A stretch of DNA of 64,000 nt from Paragordius varius (taxonomy: Eukaryota > Animalia > Nematomorpha): positions 11,036,001-11,100,000 of the forward strand of contig OZ176051.1 of assembly GCA_964247055.1 (NCBI GenBank), given 5' to 3'. Below are positions 28,301 to 41,500 of this stretch, one piece after another. How positions within the stretch are numbered: position 1 is the first letter of the stretch; every line of letters starts with the position of its first letter. The translations under genes were made by a program, and so were the position numbers. Under the pieces are notes generated by a model. That model did not search any database. It was given only the letters and a program-made list of their open reading frames with translations, and was not told the origin of the DNA.

Positions 28301-29030
28301 CGGCTCAACAGGCTCATTCACAAAGACCTTACTATTAAAAGTAAATAACTTTCTAACACTCATGAGGGCCAAAAGAAAAAGCACCATGTTCCTGATACAT
28401 TTTTCTGTCAAGAGATATATATTTTATCATGTTTTTGTGTGGATACTATGGAAAATATAAAAATAAAATTAACCACTTTTTCCGTTTATTTAAATCTAAG
28501 TAAGATGTGATTAAAAATTAGCGTTAGACATTAGATAAAAATGTTATAAAAAAATGGTGTCAAAATAGTTTAATATTTAACTTTAAAACTAATTTTATAT
28601 AATTTGCCTTATTAATATAATTTTTACTGGTATAGGAGCATAATTTTAATTAAAACCGTTTCTTTCAAAAATATCAACATATATATAGTCGGTTAACCAG
28701 ATATCCCAATTTATCGAAGTGTTAATATAAAATAAAGCCACCGAAAAATAGGAATAGATGTGGGATTGCTTTTCAATATGGAATCACCACAAAAATAATA
28801 ACTTACTTATATCACTAGTATGGCCAAGATGCACCTTATACTGATATATATATTATAAATTCTCTTAAATTTTACAATAACATATTTGTTTAATGTATTA
28901 TCTATGCCATATATAATGACCAATTTCTTAGTTAAGGATCCCTAGCATTAACACTTCATTACTTTAATAAACTCCAGTTTTGAAAGTTATTTAATTTAAA
29001 TTTAATTGCCAATCATTGTCTCATATGTTA
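25400..29030 (+). repeat. Copy A of a ~3.6-kb dispersed duplicated segment
   Basis: 25400-26035 matches 45330-45810 and 26038-29030 matches 51852-54115, collinearly, including the same nested foldback element. Confidence 0.8.
27480..28330 (-). mobile_element. Possible CR1-like LINE RT relic present only in copy A
   Basis: Absent from copy B; weak remnants (LIADAKI, cf. LFADDAKI). Confidence 0.3.
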
Positions 29031-30341
29031 CATGATTGTATTTTCAGTTTTGTGACTTCAAGAGTCTTAATGTTTGAATTTAAATTTTTAGTTTTAAGTT
29101 AGTAAATTTATAAAATTAGGTTAAAAAATAATAAAATAAATGCAAAAATTATGGTTAAATTAAAACTTAAAAATTTTTTAGGACCAACTTGTAATGTTCA
29201 TGGACCAACTTAAAGTGTTTAAGAAGAAGTTTTCAAGGATCAACTTGAAATGTTTAAGGACCACTTGAAGTGTTCAAGCACACTCTTGAAAAGCAAATGG
29301 TATATATTATCTGAGAATGACGAAATGATTAGCGATGGACAATATTTTAAATTAATTAAATGATTGATTTCCATCAAAATTACCTGTTTTTTTATCAAAA
29401 AACCGGTAAATATTTATAACTACCCCTGGTAATTCATTTCTTATGGTATATAAGACTTAAGCATTTTTGAATGGATAAGTTATATAAAAATTTGAAGGCG
29501 CTTAAATATGCTCTGCTAGCCGTAACACTTTAACACCTAGATAAATATCTTTACCCGTTTAGACTTCGAAATTGTAGTTTACCAATATCTTTTAAATACT
29601 ATTGTTCATGGAATGAAAACTCGAATTTTTACTTCCTCATACACTTAACAAACTCCTTGAGCAGAATTTGCTTTTTAGAACTTCTTTATATTGATTTAAC
29701 TTCGTTCCAAATTTCTTTCCATTCCGTCGTGAATTTTATATCTGCGAAGATAATCATCAAATAAATTGAAATAATGAAGGATGGATATATAATTAAATTT
29801 GGTATTTGGATTAAAAAGTTAGGTTTTGTAAAACCTAATGCTATATCAGTCTTAATACCATAAAATATGGTACTATTAATATATCATCATTTCCCCCTAT
29901 ACTTATTCTGTCAACTAAAGAAGGGGTTACCGATAAAATTGCAAAGGCCAAAAATTATTAATCACGTAGTCGAATTTAAAATAAATCAATACGATATACG
30001 CTAATGGCCCATAACATAATTTGTTTTTGCATATAGGAAAGTTTTATTCAATAATAATAATTATTATGGACCCATGATTAAGATTGATGAAGCTACTGCG
30101 ACTGGCTAAATATATTGTGTTTTAAACTAAATTTAGCTCTTCAAATTTAAAATATTCGGTTTGTAAGATAAACCAATCTATACAAAAATCCTCAATAAAT
30201 ACCATGTCAATAAAACCAAATTTATTAAATACATAAGTAATTTGTAGATTGGCTAAATTGATAAAGGCAAATATGGTACAATAAATTAATCAAATGCTTG
30301 AAATTTTTACTTAAATTATTCCATTCTCTATGTTTTTTAGT

Positions 30342-31579
30342 TTAATTTGTTAATAAATCCGGATTACTGTTTAATTGTTTAAGGAATAATGGATCTTTCG
30401 GGTAAAACAAAGCGTAATCATATCTAAATAGATTAACCAACTTTTTCAACAATTCGTTTGGAATATGATCGATAATTTCCTGATCTTTCGCATCGAAATC
30501 TCGAAAACTTTGGGTGTTTGTTAATGATTTTTGATCATCAACCACATCATTATAATTGGGAGACAATGTTGTCGCGTATTTTGGCGCCTCGTGGCTAGCC
30601 AAATAAAAAGGATTAAATGGTAAATTATCCCATCTCGTCCGTTTAAGGATGTAGGGTATATCTTGTAGACGATTTTCATGTTTACCGATGAAATCGTAAT
30701 TGTAAGCACAAGGATTACATGTCTCGACTATAGGTGCCCAGTGTTGATTCATTAAAAATGAGTATTTACTTTTGGGATACGCTGTCTCAATATTCACTAC
30801 AAAATGGATAAATTCTGCTAAACTAATATTGGATGTTGATTTAACATAAGTTAGTGGTGATGAAAAATTTATGAAATTCCCCATGTTAATAGTCTTTTTA
30901 ATGTATTTCCCATACCTTTGTTGGAAATAGCGGTTTTTCCAATAAAATTTACTTCGATAAGCTGAGAGCATACGGTGAAGGGGATGTCGAACAAAAGTGA
31001 AACTAAAACCTACCTTCTTTAAATCAGTCGTGTTGGAAGAATAACCTTTACTATTTACTTTGTTATTTAATCTAATATAAGGGTAGTTTTGAATAACAAA
31101 CCCCAGACTCTTATATATAGCTTTCAAGTGTTGTAGTGATGTTTCTAATGTGGAATTTTGAGATAAAGCTATTAAACTTTTCCAAGCGGTGGATGAGGCT
31201 TTTGGCACATAACAATACAACACTTTTTTATTGTATTTCATCATATCATCTCCAGTTAGAAAGTGGTTTTTTTTGGACGACATTATAATCGAGTATAAAG
31301 AGTTAAATAGGATGTTTCGAGACCAGGGACCAAAATTACCAATTAAATGCATGGAATCCGAATAATCATTACGATTTTTTGAAAGCCGGTCAATATTATT
31401 GCATACAAAATTTCGCCATGATCTTTCATCCAAACTCGGCATATCATTCATGGAATTCATAGATGCGGTGTAGTTTATTGCCATATCTGTTGTATCATAG
31501 GTTACCAAAGATGTTAATTTCTGCCTATATATGCCTAAGGTTTGATTGTTTGATGTGTGGACATATTTGTTGAGCAAGT
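30342..31579 (-). CDS. Carbohydrate sulfotransferase (Sulfotransfer_2; CHST8-14/HNK-1ST-like), large catalytic exon
   Basis: Open frame of 411 codons with the 5'-PSB motif YCYVPKASSTAWK, the 3'-PB motif FTFVRHPLHRMLSAY, and HW...CNPC...YDFIGK. It starts at acceptor TGTATAG|AC rather than at an ATG. Confidence 0.92.
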
Positions 31580-31769
31580 CTATACATAATAAAAATGATT
31601 AAACACGCATCTTAATAAATATTTCTATCTAAAGCATTTTCTCTTAATATTTCTTAACTTGAATTCCATATATTTATATATATATATATATATATAATAT
31701 ATATTGATAAATTATTTTAGGTGTAATAGGGTCAAAATATTAATATATTTTTTAACAAATATAAAAACA

Positions 31770-32340
31770 TATGTTAGTTATAACGCTTTCCATACCCTTC
31801 ATAATAATAAATCTCCTTTTCTATTTTGTACATATACCATATGCACTTCAAGAGTCTCCTTAAACACTTCAAGTTTATCCTTAAAATTTTTTAATTTAAC
31901 TATACTTATTGCATTTATTTTATTATTTTTTAACTAATTTTCTTTATTTATTATATAATCATTTTAAATTAAAATTTTTTAGTTCAAAACACTTTTTTTG
32001 TTTTAACTAATTTAATCTAAAATTAATAACTTTTAATTTTTCAATTAAAAATTGTGAGTAATAACCCAGAAAACTTATATATTTTAAATTACGTGTTATA
32101 AATATCCAAAATAATTTTAAGAAATTAATAAAGATATATTTGAAAGATTAAAAGTTGATATTGATTTAAAATTATGTTAAATCACATAAAATAGAAAAGA
32201 TAAAATAGTTTAACAATATACGATTTGAATGAAAAGGTTGAAATTAAAACAAAAAAGTCAAAGGACCAACTTGAAGTGTTAAAGGACACTCTTGAAGTGC
32301 AAATGGTATATCGAAAAAGAACAAAAACTTTCAAATGTGT
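31770..32340. mobile_element. Inverted-repeat MITE-like element
   Basis: ATACCATATGCACTTCAAGAGT..CCTTAAACACTTCAAG mirrored by CTTGAAGTGTTAAAGGACACTCTTGAAGTGCAAATGGTATAT. Relatives at ~29040-29310 (with ~21-bp subrepeats) and ~61890-62340. Confidence 0.55.
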
Positions 32341-32879
32341 AAATTAGCGTTGACTATAACTAATTAATTTTAATTTAGTGTTAATAAATTCATATTATTA
32401 TATAGTTGTATTTATTAGATGATAATACTGAAAAATTTGTGTATATCTTTTGCATAATGATTTTATACTATATGAATTTTTTCTAATTTAAATTTAATTT
32501 CATTTTTTATGGCATGTGTATTTACGGTTAAATAACCAATATTAAAGATATTTGAATTAATGGTATATTGGATCATGTTAATTATAGGTGTAATTTGATA
32601 AATGGACCTTAGCAAAATTAAAATTATTAATAAATATCATTTCATTAAAAAATCCTTCTAACATAAGGATATCTTATAGGATGTTATTAAGTTTGGTTTT
32701 CAAATGGTTAAAATAGAAACAGTTAATCTGACTTTTGAATGCAATCATAACAGCCTATCAATTGATAAATGTCAAATTTTTAAGTTAATTATAATCAATG
32801 CTTTTTACAATGTTATTATAATGGCAATTTTGAAATAGATAAAATTCAAATTCTGCCCTTACGATTTGAGGAGACCATT

Positions 32880-33276
32880 CATCTTATGTGATAAATATAT
32901 GAAAGTTTTCAATTTAAGTGTAAAAACGGGCGAAGTCCGGACGTGAATGCCCCCATAACCTGTAAGATCTGACCCTAATTTTGCCATTAATGTTTCAAAG
33001 TTAATATTCACATATAGGGGCGTTGGAAAGGCAGCCCAGTTAAAATATATTTAGACATCCTGCGAAGTTTTATGTGATAAGATTCCTCATAACCTACTAT
33101 TGAGGCATCTTCAAAATTATTGGTAGTTTTGGGTTGAATGGGTGTAATCGGCTTTGTTCACAAGTGTTTTAGCCTTTTGAAAAATATTTTCATGGTGTTT
33201 TGTCCAGTCCTATTTTGTTTTATCCACTGATAATTTGTGTAATTCATCTATAAAGAGACTTAATGATGGTATAAAT
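32880..33276 (+). mobile_element. CR1-like LINE RT relic, interrupted by a hAT element
   Basis: IYLD....DKIPH.LLL (~33045-33110) and a GV.SSPILF remnant of GVPQGSVLGPILF (~33195-33225). Confidence 0.5.
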
Positions 33277-35651
33277 CAGTGGTACTCACCAAAAAAATTT
33301 GACGGGCCAAATAAAATATATTTTTTTTCGAGGGCCATGAACCTTATAATGGCAAACTTTCATAGCTATTTGACACATATTTACACTCTATATCAGCACA
33401 ATGAATTTTTTGCGGATCGCATAATCCAGCTAAAAACTCGTTTTGCTCCATTTAGTTTAAAAAATAAAAATATTTTGATAACAGCTTGATAAATTTGGTT
33501 TCCCCTCATGACAGGCCAATCTTAATACGTCGTTCATATGATCATCGGTTAAGCAGTTTCTGTATTTATTCTTGAGATATTTTATTTTTGAATATGACGT
33601 CTCGCACGTATAAGTTGAGGGAAAAAGAGTTAGGAAAATTTCAGCACATTTTTTTATATTTTCATATTTATTTGGCACATCTTGCTAAAACTCTACATAT
33701 CTTTCTTCTCTACGATTCTCTTTGAATATTTAAATAGGGATTTTGAAACCTACGAAGTCTTCAATGATATGCACCCGATCAAAACCGAAATGTTCAAGTT
33801 GCTTAATGCTGGATATATCCATATACCAAGGATTTTCAACGAGTTTTAAGCAATATTTAATATATCTTAATTTTTGAAATCTGAATATCTCATTAGATAA
33901 AAATGTTAGATGATCTATTATTAAATTAATCTCCACGGTAAATTCCATATTTTCTTCATGAACCGTTTTAATTGAACATAGGAGTGTTTAATTTATAAAA
34001 TCTAGTTTATATTATTAATTTTTAAATGATATTTCATTAGCAAATTGAGTTATTATTTTGCTTCCTTGACGACGTATTAAAAATGTTTATAAGTAATGTC
34101 GCAAAGGTAGGCTAATAAAACCCACCATATGTCACTATTAATTTCCTCGTCAAACTTTCTGTTATCTTTTATAAATAATAGAAAAATCTATTTAATACTT
34201 TGCTAAGGCTTGGCCATCTCACAGCGGTGTACAAAAGAATATAATCAAACTCCCTCTGGATATCTTTCACAAGGTTTTTGAATTTACGGCGGTTGAATTT
34301 TCTGCCACGGATGTGGTTAACTATATTAGCAATCGTTTAAACTAATGAATTGAGTGATTCATCTTTTACACGCGAAACCAAGTTTGGTGAATAAAGCAGT
34401 GAAAGGATAAAATATTTTGTATATTTGCTTTTCAAAAGAGGAATAAATCCTTTGGTTATTCTAATCATAGAGGGACAGCCATCTGTGCAGATCGAAGCCG
34501 ATTTTTCATAGATATACCATTATTATCGAAAATAGTTTTAATTATTTCGAGAAAATCACTTCTTTTCGTGGTATTATTCTTTAGTAAAAATTTTAAATAT
34601 TTATCGTTGATTATGTTGCCGTTGCAAAATCTTACAAAGAGCGCACATTGAGGTGTTGTACTAATATCAGTGCTAGAATCAATAGTATTACTAAAATATT
34701 TGCAGTTTTTCAGAGCCAATAATGTATCGTTAAAAATATATTAATACATATCTTCAATGCGTCCAGCACATGTTCAGAAAGTTGAAGTTTTTTAATTTGC
34801 CTCATGATTTGATCTTTATATGGAAAACCATTTATTAGACATTCTTTTAGTTGGAAATCAGTAAACGGTTTCATATTTTTTCCTAAAATATAAATTTCAT
34901 ACGAAGCTAATTATACAACTTTTTCCTGGAAGAAAGCTATGGACATAATAGATTTTCCTTTCTGGTATAATTCCTTAATCTATTTATATTTTTCGTTTTT
35001 CCTCATGATTTTCTGGTAATTTATGAGAAAAATGGATTGTAAAATTCTTTCAATATTGTATTTTTTATAATTATGTTGTCCTTACATATAAGGCTAGTAA
35101 CAACATTTTTATTTTAAAGGACAAAAAATTTCCCATTCTTATTTAAAGGGCGATTTTCATCGGATAATTTACGTTTTTTAGCATTAGATGTCATCCTTTG
35201 AAATTATGTTTAAATATTATGTAAATTTTTTTAAAAAATAGGAATATTTGATATTCTATAAAAAAAACAGGTCGAAATTTAATGATGTGGATTTGAAAAA
35301 TATTTATGGGAATGAGTTATATAAAATGAGGCAGGATAGCTATATAAAAATTATGTATAAAGTTTGGGTGAAGGCTTGCTTAAATACAAAAAAGGAATAC
35401 AATAAAAATTTCAAAATAGAAAAGAAAATAGAATAGAGAAACAACGTGTGCCAAAATTTTGAAATTATTTTAATGTAGGGAAATTTTTCTACATATCGAA
35501 TTGGGTAAAAAATAAAAACTACCAAAATTAAATCTAAAGAAAATAATTATTAATATTAAAATAATCGAAAATTTATTTATGTGTTAAAGTGCAATTTTAA
35601 AGCACTCTTAAGGCCGCCTGCGGCCCGCGGGCCGCGGTTTGAGTATCACTG
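33277..35651 (-). mobile_element. hAT transposon (SPIN/GTF2IRD2-like), transposase pseudogenised
   Basis: TIRs CAGTGGTACTCA / TGAGTATCACTG; perfect TSD GTATAAAT (33269-33276, 35652-35659). Fragments IDSSTDISTTPQCALFVRF and LFPSTYTCETSYSKIKYLKNKYRNCLTD. Confidence 0.9.
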
Positions 35652-35899
35652 GTATAAATTATGCGAGAAAATTTAAGAACCCTAAAAAGGATCTCAGTGT
35701 CGTTTTGTCGCTCCGCGTTGGACAATAATGAATCGCTTTGATTTTACTTGGGCACGGTTTTAATACTGTATCTTAAGTATTCTACACGGAGTTTTGAAAC
35801 TTTTAATTTATCTCTGAATTTGAAATCCACACTTTCAATTCGTTATAACACTTCACATAAATTTTAACGTCTATCTGTTTCGCCGGTAATACATCATTT

Positions 35900-37850
35900 A
35901 AACACGGCTACCCCCTTACAATATCTTAATAACTTCTCCATTATTTGTTGGAAAAACTGGGTCACAATTTAAGCCGATTGGCATGCGTTTAACTTTGAAA
36001 ACCCTATATGCGTTGATATAGTTAACAGATTTCGACTTCCCGTTTGTACGGGTATCTGTAGATAAACGTCTTTGAGGTCGAGTGTTGGGAATGCTTTAGA
36101 GTAGGAAATACTAGCGATCAGGTAATTAACGTTAGAATTACTGTGCTACTCTGATATGGGGGTCAATACTTACTTTAAAATCGGCACATATTCTAACTTC
36201 TCCATTCGGCTTTAGTATATTTATCGTTGGGCAGGCCTAATTTATGCGGGCTGTGTCGGATTGCCAGGTTCAATTATCTTAAGGTTTACAAGTCCTTTTA
36301 CGGGAAGCAAAGCTTTTGTGATAGCATTAGAAAGATTTAAAACATTTTTATACAGCCGAAAATTTGAAATTCTCAACGATAATAAACCGCTTATCAAATT
36401 ATTTGGGTCACAGGAGAACTAAGCAGTGTTAATAATAGATTGCGATAAATAAATAAGACATCAAATTTTGGTTATATAAAAAAAGATAACTAGCAGTTTG
36501 TCTCTCTAGATTACCTGTAAATAACCACCGATGGCAGCGAGATAGATGACAAAATTATATATCAGGTTCAAATTTGGTCTAGTGAAACAAATCTAAATAA
36601 AGAACATCTATACAAGGAAACTATGAATGTGGTAAACAAATAAAAAAGCGCTTAAGATCTAGTTTGAACGACTCGTTAGCCGGTTTAAATGATCGAAAAA
36701 ACTAAAACGGGAAATTCTAGAGTACTTAACGGGACATCCCGGAATTAATGCGACAAACTATTGTGTCGCCAAGATAGGTATACTGACCGGGACTAAATCA
36801 AGACATTGAAAAGTGGATAAAAAATTGCCACGAATGTCAAACAGACGCCCAAATATATCTGAAAACCCAACATACAGTGGAGTTAAAAACATATGGGAAC
36901 GACAATATATAGATATTGCCGGTCCCGTAGCATATTGATTGGTATTAATCGACCACTGTACACCATGGGATGAAGTAGAAAGTACAAGAACCGTTAATAT
37001 TACAAATATATTAAAATGTTTTTGTCGTTTCGGGTACCCCGAGATGATAATATCAGTCAACGTGTATTTTTAATAATGAGTTTCAAAACACTCTGGCATG
37101 ATCAATTAGACACGTCAAGTTAGCACAATACCATCCACGGATCAACGGTTTAGTAGAGAGGGTGATCTATGCTTTTAAACTCACTAGACACCGACCGACG
37201 ACTCAACCAAACCTTGTGGGCTTATAGAAACACCCCTCATTCTTCCATCAAGGAAATCCAACTTAAAACTTACAATTCAAAGTAACTTGGTTGAAAACGA
37301 CACCAGCGGAATTTTTAGATAGCCTCGACATACAAAAAATATTTAGAAAAGAAAGAAAATGTACATTGAAAACAAACTTACTACAGAATGGAGGGAAGGA
37401 GTCGTTTTGGATAGAACAGGGTGGTTGTTATAATGATGGATGACAAAAAGGTAGTAAAAACAAAGTTGATCATCCAAGATGCCGGGGGTATTCGGAGAGC
37501 AGTAGTGACGAGTCATACAAGAAGGAATCAACAACTGACATTGGCGCACACAAGCCATATTATGAGGGGGTTAATCAAATTTGGTAAAACGAATAAGAAT
37601 GACAAGCTGGATGAGGGTGGTAACAGAATCACAGATAATACAACAATGGGTTTCGACAAGTATTATGACGGGTTAATCAAATGGTCAAATGAACAAGGAT
37701 GACAATCTAGAGGTGGTAACACAATCAATGGCAATACAAGAATGGGTTCCGAACGAAAGCTAGGGTATGAGGGCAAAATCAATGGAACAAGCTAGATAGC
37801 ACCCAAGAGCCGGATAGCGATTATTCCTAGTCCTCTAAGAAACTTGGTAT
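35900..37850 (+). mobile_element. Degenerate Gypsy pol relic (RNaseH-integrase)
   Basis: DNKPLIKLFG (~36380), GHPGINAT (~36730), IDIAGP (~36910), YHPRING.VER (~37130); many lesions. Confidence 0.7.
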
Positions 37851-37859
37851 TAGATTATT

Positions 37860-38560
37860 TTCATCACAAAGACTATTGGCTCCGTGTATATAAAAGTATT
37901 TAAAGCTAAATGTTTATGAGCTGGATGAAAGTGGGAATTAGCATTTAAAGTTAGCATGTGGTTTTCCAAAGACTGTATGCTGGAGCATATCATTTATTTC
38001 AGTTCCAGATCTAGGATTACTATTTCGTGGGGACTGTGCACCATAGTGAACAGTATATTGGGATTTATGTTAAATCTAGAAAGGCTAACAGAATATTCTA
38101 TATACATAGATGCCAACGACTGGAGGATATTGTCGAGGATTCGAAATTTCTGTATTCAGCTAATATTGGAGAGTGACTGGATCTCATGGGGGTATTAGCG
38201 TATGGTTGATTTTACAAAAAATAATTATTGGAAAAACGTATTTATAACTTTGGAATGTCAGGATATACGCCATATGTGACCAATTTTGATAGAATTATTT
38301 CATTTCTCGGGATGATTGTGAAAAGCGATTGTATGTTTAGTGTGACTAGTATGTCAGACTCTTTCAGATGTATTGCTCTAATTTTATTCTTACTATTTTG
38401 TATATGATGGAGGATATGTATAAAGGGTTGTTTTATGAGTTTAGAAAGCGGTATGTTAATATTAACGACATTTGGTCGTAAGAGTGTTTAGGGCCACATT
38501 AATACGGGGTGGAATAATTTTGGTTTGCATGCTGTTTTAAAATCATTGGGTAAACTAGTG
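37860..38560 (+). mobile_element. Possible 3' part of the CR1-like LINE begun at 32880
   Basis: Remnants resembling W..W.L.F...KC, N.ILGF and WNN; very decayed. Confidence 0.3.
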
Positions 38561-39299
38561 TTTTATCCCGATTTCTTTACCAAGTTTGTCATTCTTTGGG
38601 TGGGGTCCTATCGGATTGTAGTATAATTATTATTACTATATATTATATCAATCATTTTTTCAGCGTAAATTTTGCTGTTCATCTGTGACATTATCTTTAT
38701 CTGCGAGAATTACGATTGATAAGTTAAAAATATTCTGGTCGTATTATAGATAAGTGTTTTCATAATTATAAATATATCCAAGACCGCTCTCAATTTTGAA
38801 AATGATTTCCAACACTTCAATATCTTTTTTTCGGTAATATTTACCCATATGAGCTATTTCGAATTAAACATATGCATTATTCTTTCTTTTACGCATGATT
38901 TTTATTTAAAAAATATAAAAAATTATAATCCCAATTAATCGCTACCATTTTTATCAGAATATATCCAAATCGCCAATATAATAGGCAAATAAATAAGTCA
39001 AAAAATGTGATAATCAACTTATTTCTAGCAGCTATTTTTCGTAATAATTTATAAATCAGCTGTTAATCAGATTTTGGATTACCGACTCAATAAGAACTTT
39101 AAAAATATGAAATTTTTTATACAAGAAACAATGTTTATAATTATATTTACAAAATAAACAAAACTAGTTATTTACAAATCAGGGCGTATACAGAACTATC
39201 CCATAATGTCTACAAAACTGTAATAAAACAGTAAACAAAGGCAATAATTTGCCATCGCAAAATTCTTATATAAAACTTGATTCCAATTTTTTTTCGGAT

Positions 39300-40500
39300 T
39301 CTGAAGCCTGTCGACTATATTGCATTATTATGAAGCTAAAGTCGTTGTCTATTTAAGATTTACGTTGGCTAATAGGCTTTGATCTGTTGGTAAAGGTAAG
39401 GTTGTGTAATAAAAGCGGATATTCTAAATTTTGTGCCTTCGGGCTATGTCAAAAATCCGATAATTTCACTTTGAGGCAATGGTCGGGTAGAGCCATTGTG
39501 GGATTTATTTTTTGGGGAACTATTGAATTTTTTTTGACTCGCCATGTTATTTGTAAAACTTTCCGCCAGCACCCTTAAACGCGTTTATCAAACACTCGTC
39601 ATTTTTTTATAATACAGAGCTCCCTACAACAGTGCCGGGAAGATTAACGAAGATATGCCTAATTTTGGTGGATAGTTTAATGGCAAGTCCATATTTTTCA
39701 TATTTTTTCATTGATTTTTTTATCGCAATTGATTTTTAACGTGCCATGTTTAATTTGTTTATGAGACTTCCAAGATGTAAATCGGAAATTACTTATATTC
39801 GGTTTCCTATGGACGTTGAATATTGTACATCTGGATCAATATGCATGTTTTTGGTTTTATTAATTGATGGAAAAGCCAAATTTGGCCCATTGACTCTATT
39901 ATGTTGATAAAACCCCAAGATTTAACGCATCGCGAATAGTTCCAAATTTAGGGTCAATGTAAATTTTTCTATTTATGAATTTCATAAAAATCAATTCCGA
40001 ATCCTAAATAATGGTGGGGGGGGGATCACGTTACGTATAATGGAAATAAATTCAAACCGGTTTTCAGCAGTCAGATATACCAGTAATCAAAGATAATTCG
40101 ATAAAATAAAAGGACATTATTATTCATGTTAAATGTTTGTTGTAAGTATTTTATGTGCATTTAATATATTTCAATAATCGGTTATAAATATAATGAATAT
40201 TGAGTCAATAAATTTAATCTCCTTGGACTATATACACCTTTTGATTGTCTATAATTCTTTTCAAGCCTATTGGTTTTGCCTACTATTCAGCTATAGTGGG
40301 TGTTTAACTAATTTTGGCAGGGATCTCTTTCAGTCCTCGGTGAAAATAATATCTCCCTAGCGCTAATCACCACATATTCCAATTTAAATTCACTTTGTAT
40401 TGTTTTTAGCATTAATGCACCAGTCGAGCGTAATGTAAATCAGTTATCAATAACTAAGACTAATTATCCATTGGGCCTGTTATTACCAAGTTCAATCTTT
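39300..40500 (-). mobile_element. Possible CR1-like LINE relic
   Basis: Coding-like GC content; minus strand gives YGL.. and LPGTVVGS (cf. VPQGTVLGP). Weak. Confidence 0.3.
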
Positions 40501-40769
40501 TCCAAATCCCAATATCCCCTTTATAGATAAGGTGACCAGATTTTTTGAAGGAAAAAGCGGGACAAATATGAGAAGGGGAGTCGGGTCGTTGGGAAGTACA
40601 ACCAAAAAATTTTTACAAAAAATTTATTGTAATATTTATTTATTTTTAACACAAATACATTATAAATATAAAAAAATTGTACCTCACAGGTTGTTTGTAC
40701 CTTATTCAATAAATTTACATGTGCACGAACAAAGAGTGAAGTGATTGTAATATTCTATAAAAAAATAAT

Positions 40770-41500
40770 AAAGATGAACAAAGTGCGCTGGGTGATGCAA
40801 GAAGCGGCACTAAAAATATTTTTAACAATTTAGCGAATAATCATAATCAAAACATTATTGGCAGATACACAACGCTATTGTTACCCCTGGATGTGGAAAA
40901 TATAGATGTTAAAATGCTTGGATATTGTAGAACAGTTGGTTAGCTCTTTTGCCAGCGATTGAAATATTTATAAAAATGTGATCTACTAGAATCCTATTTT
41001 TTATCACAGGACAAAGGTCAAAATTCCAAGTCAAAAAAGGTTAGAAAATAATTTTATACCATTACCTAATCGCAATATCATAAAGTATCCAGAAAAACAA
41101 GGCTCAATGAATAGCCAGAATATAAAAATGTTTTATACAAACAGAAACGATTATTTGGAACAAAGACGGTGCACAATGACACTTTTTTATGAAGTCTCAT
41201 TATTAAATAAATATATTGAATGAAAACTTATATTATGGACAACAGAAAAAATACGTAGGATAGAAATGGTTAAAATAATCATTTTTAAACAAATTATGTT
41301 CCATACAATAATTATTTAATTGTAGAATTTGCATTATCTTTACCTGAACCACTGCTATTGAACGCGTTTTTCCACAGTAAATTAAGTAAGGACACGGAAT
41401 CAAATTTAAATGTAAATAAAAGCCATTTTATGTGTTCAAATATAATTTATGAAGACTTATACAATATTAAAGTAATTTTGTTTATTTTTTAACATAAAAC
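40770..41500 (+). mobile_element. Inverted, internally deleted relic of the same transposase inside the Blackjack element
   Basis: Blocks match the reverse complement of ~42680-41585, e.g. GTTAGAAAATAATTTTATACCATTA and TTATCTTTACCTG..CTATTGAACGCGTTTTTCCACA. Confidence 0.75.
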
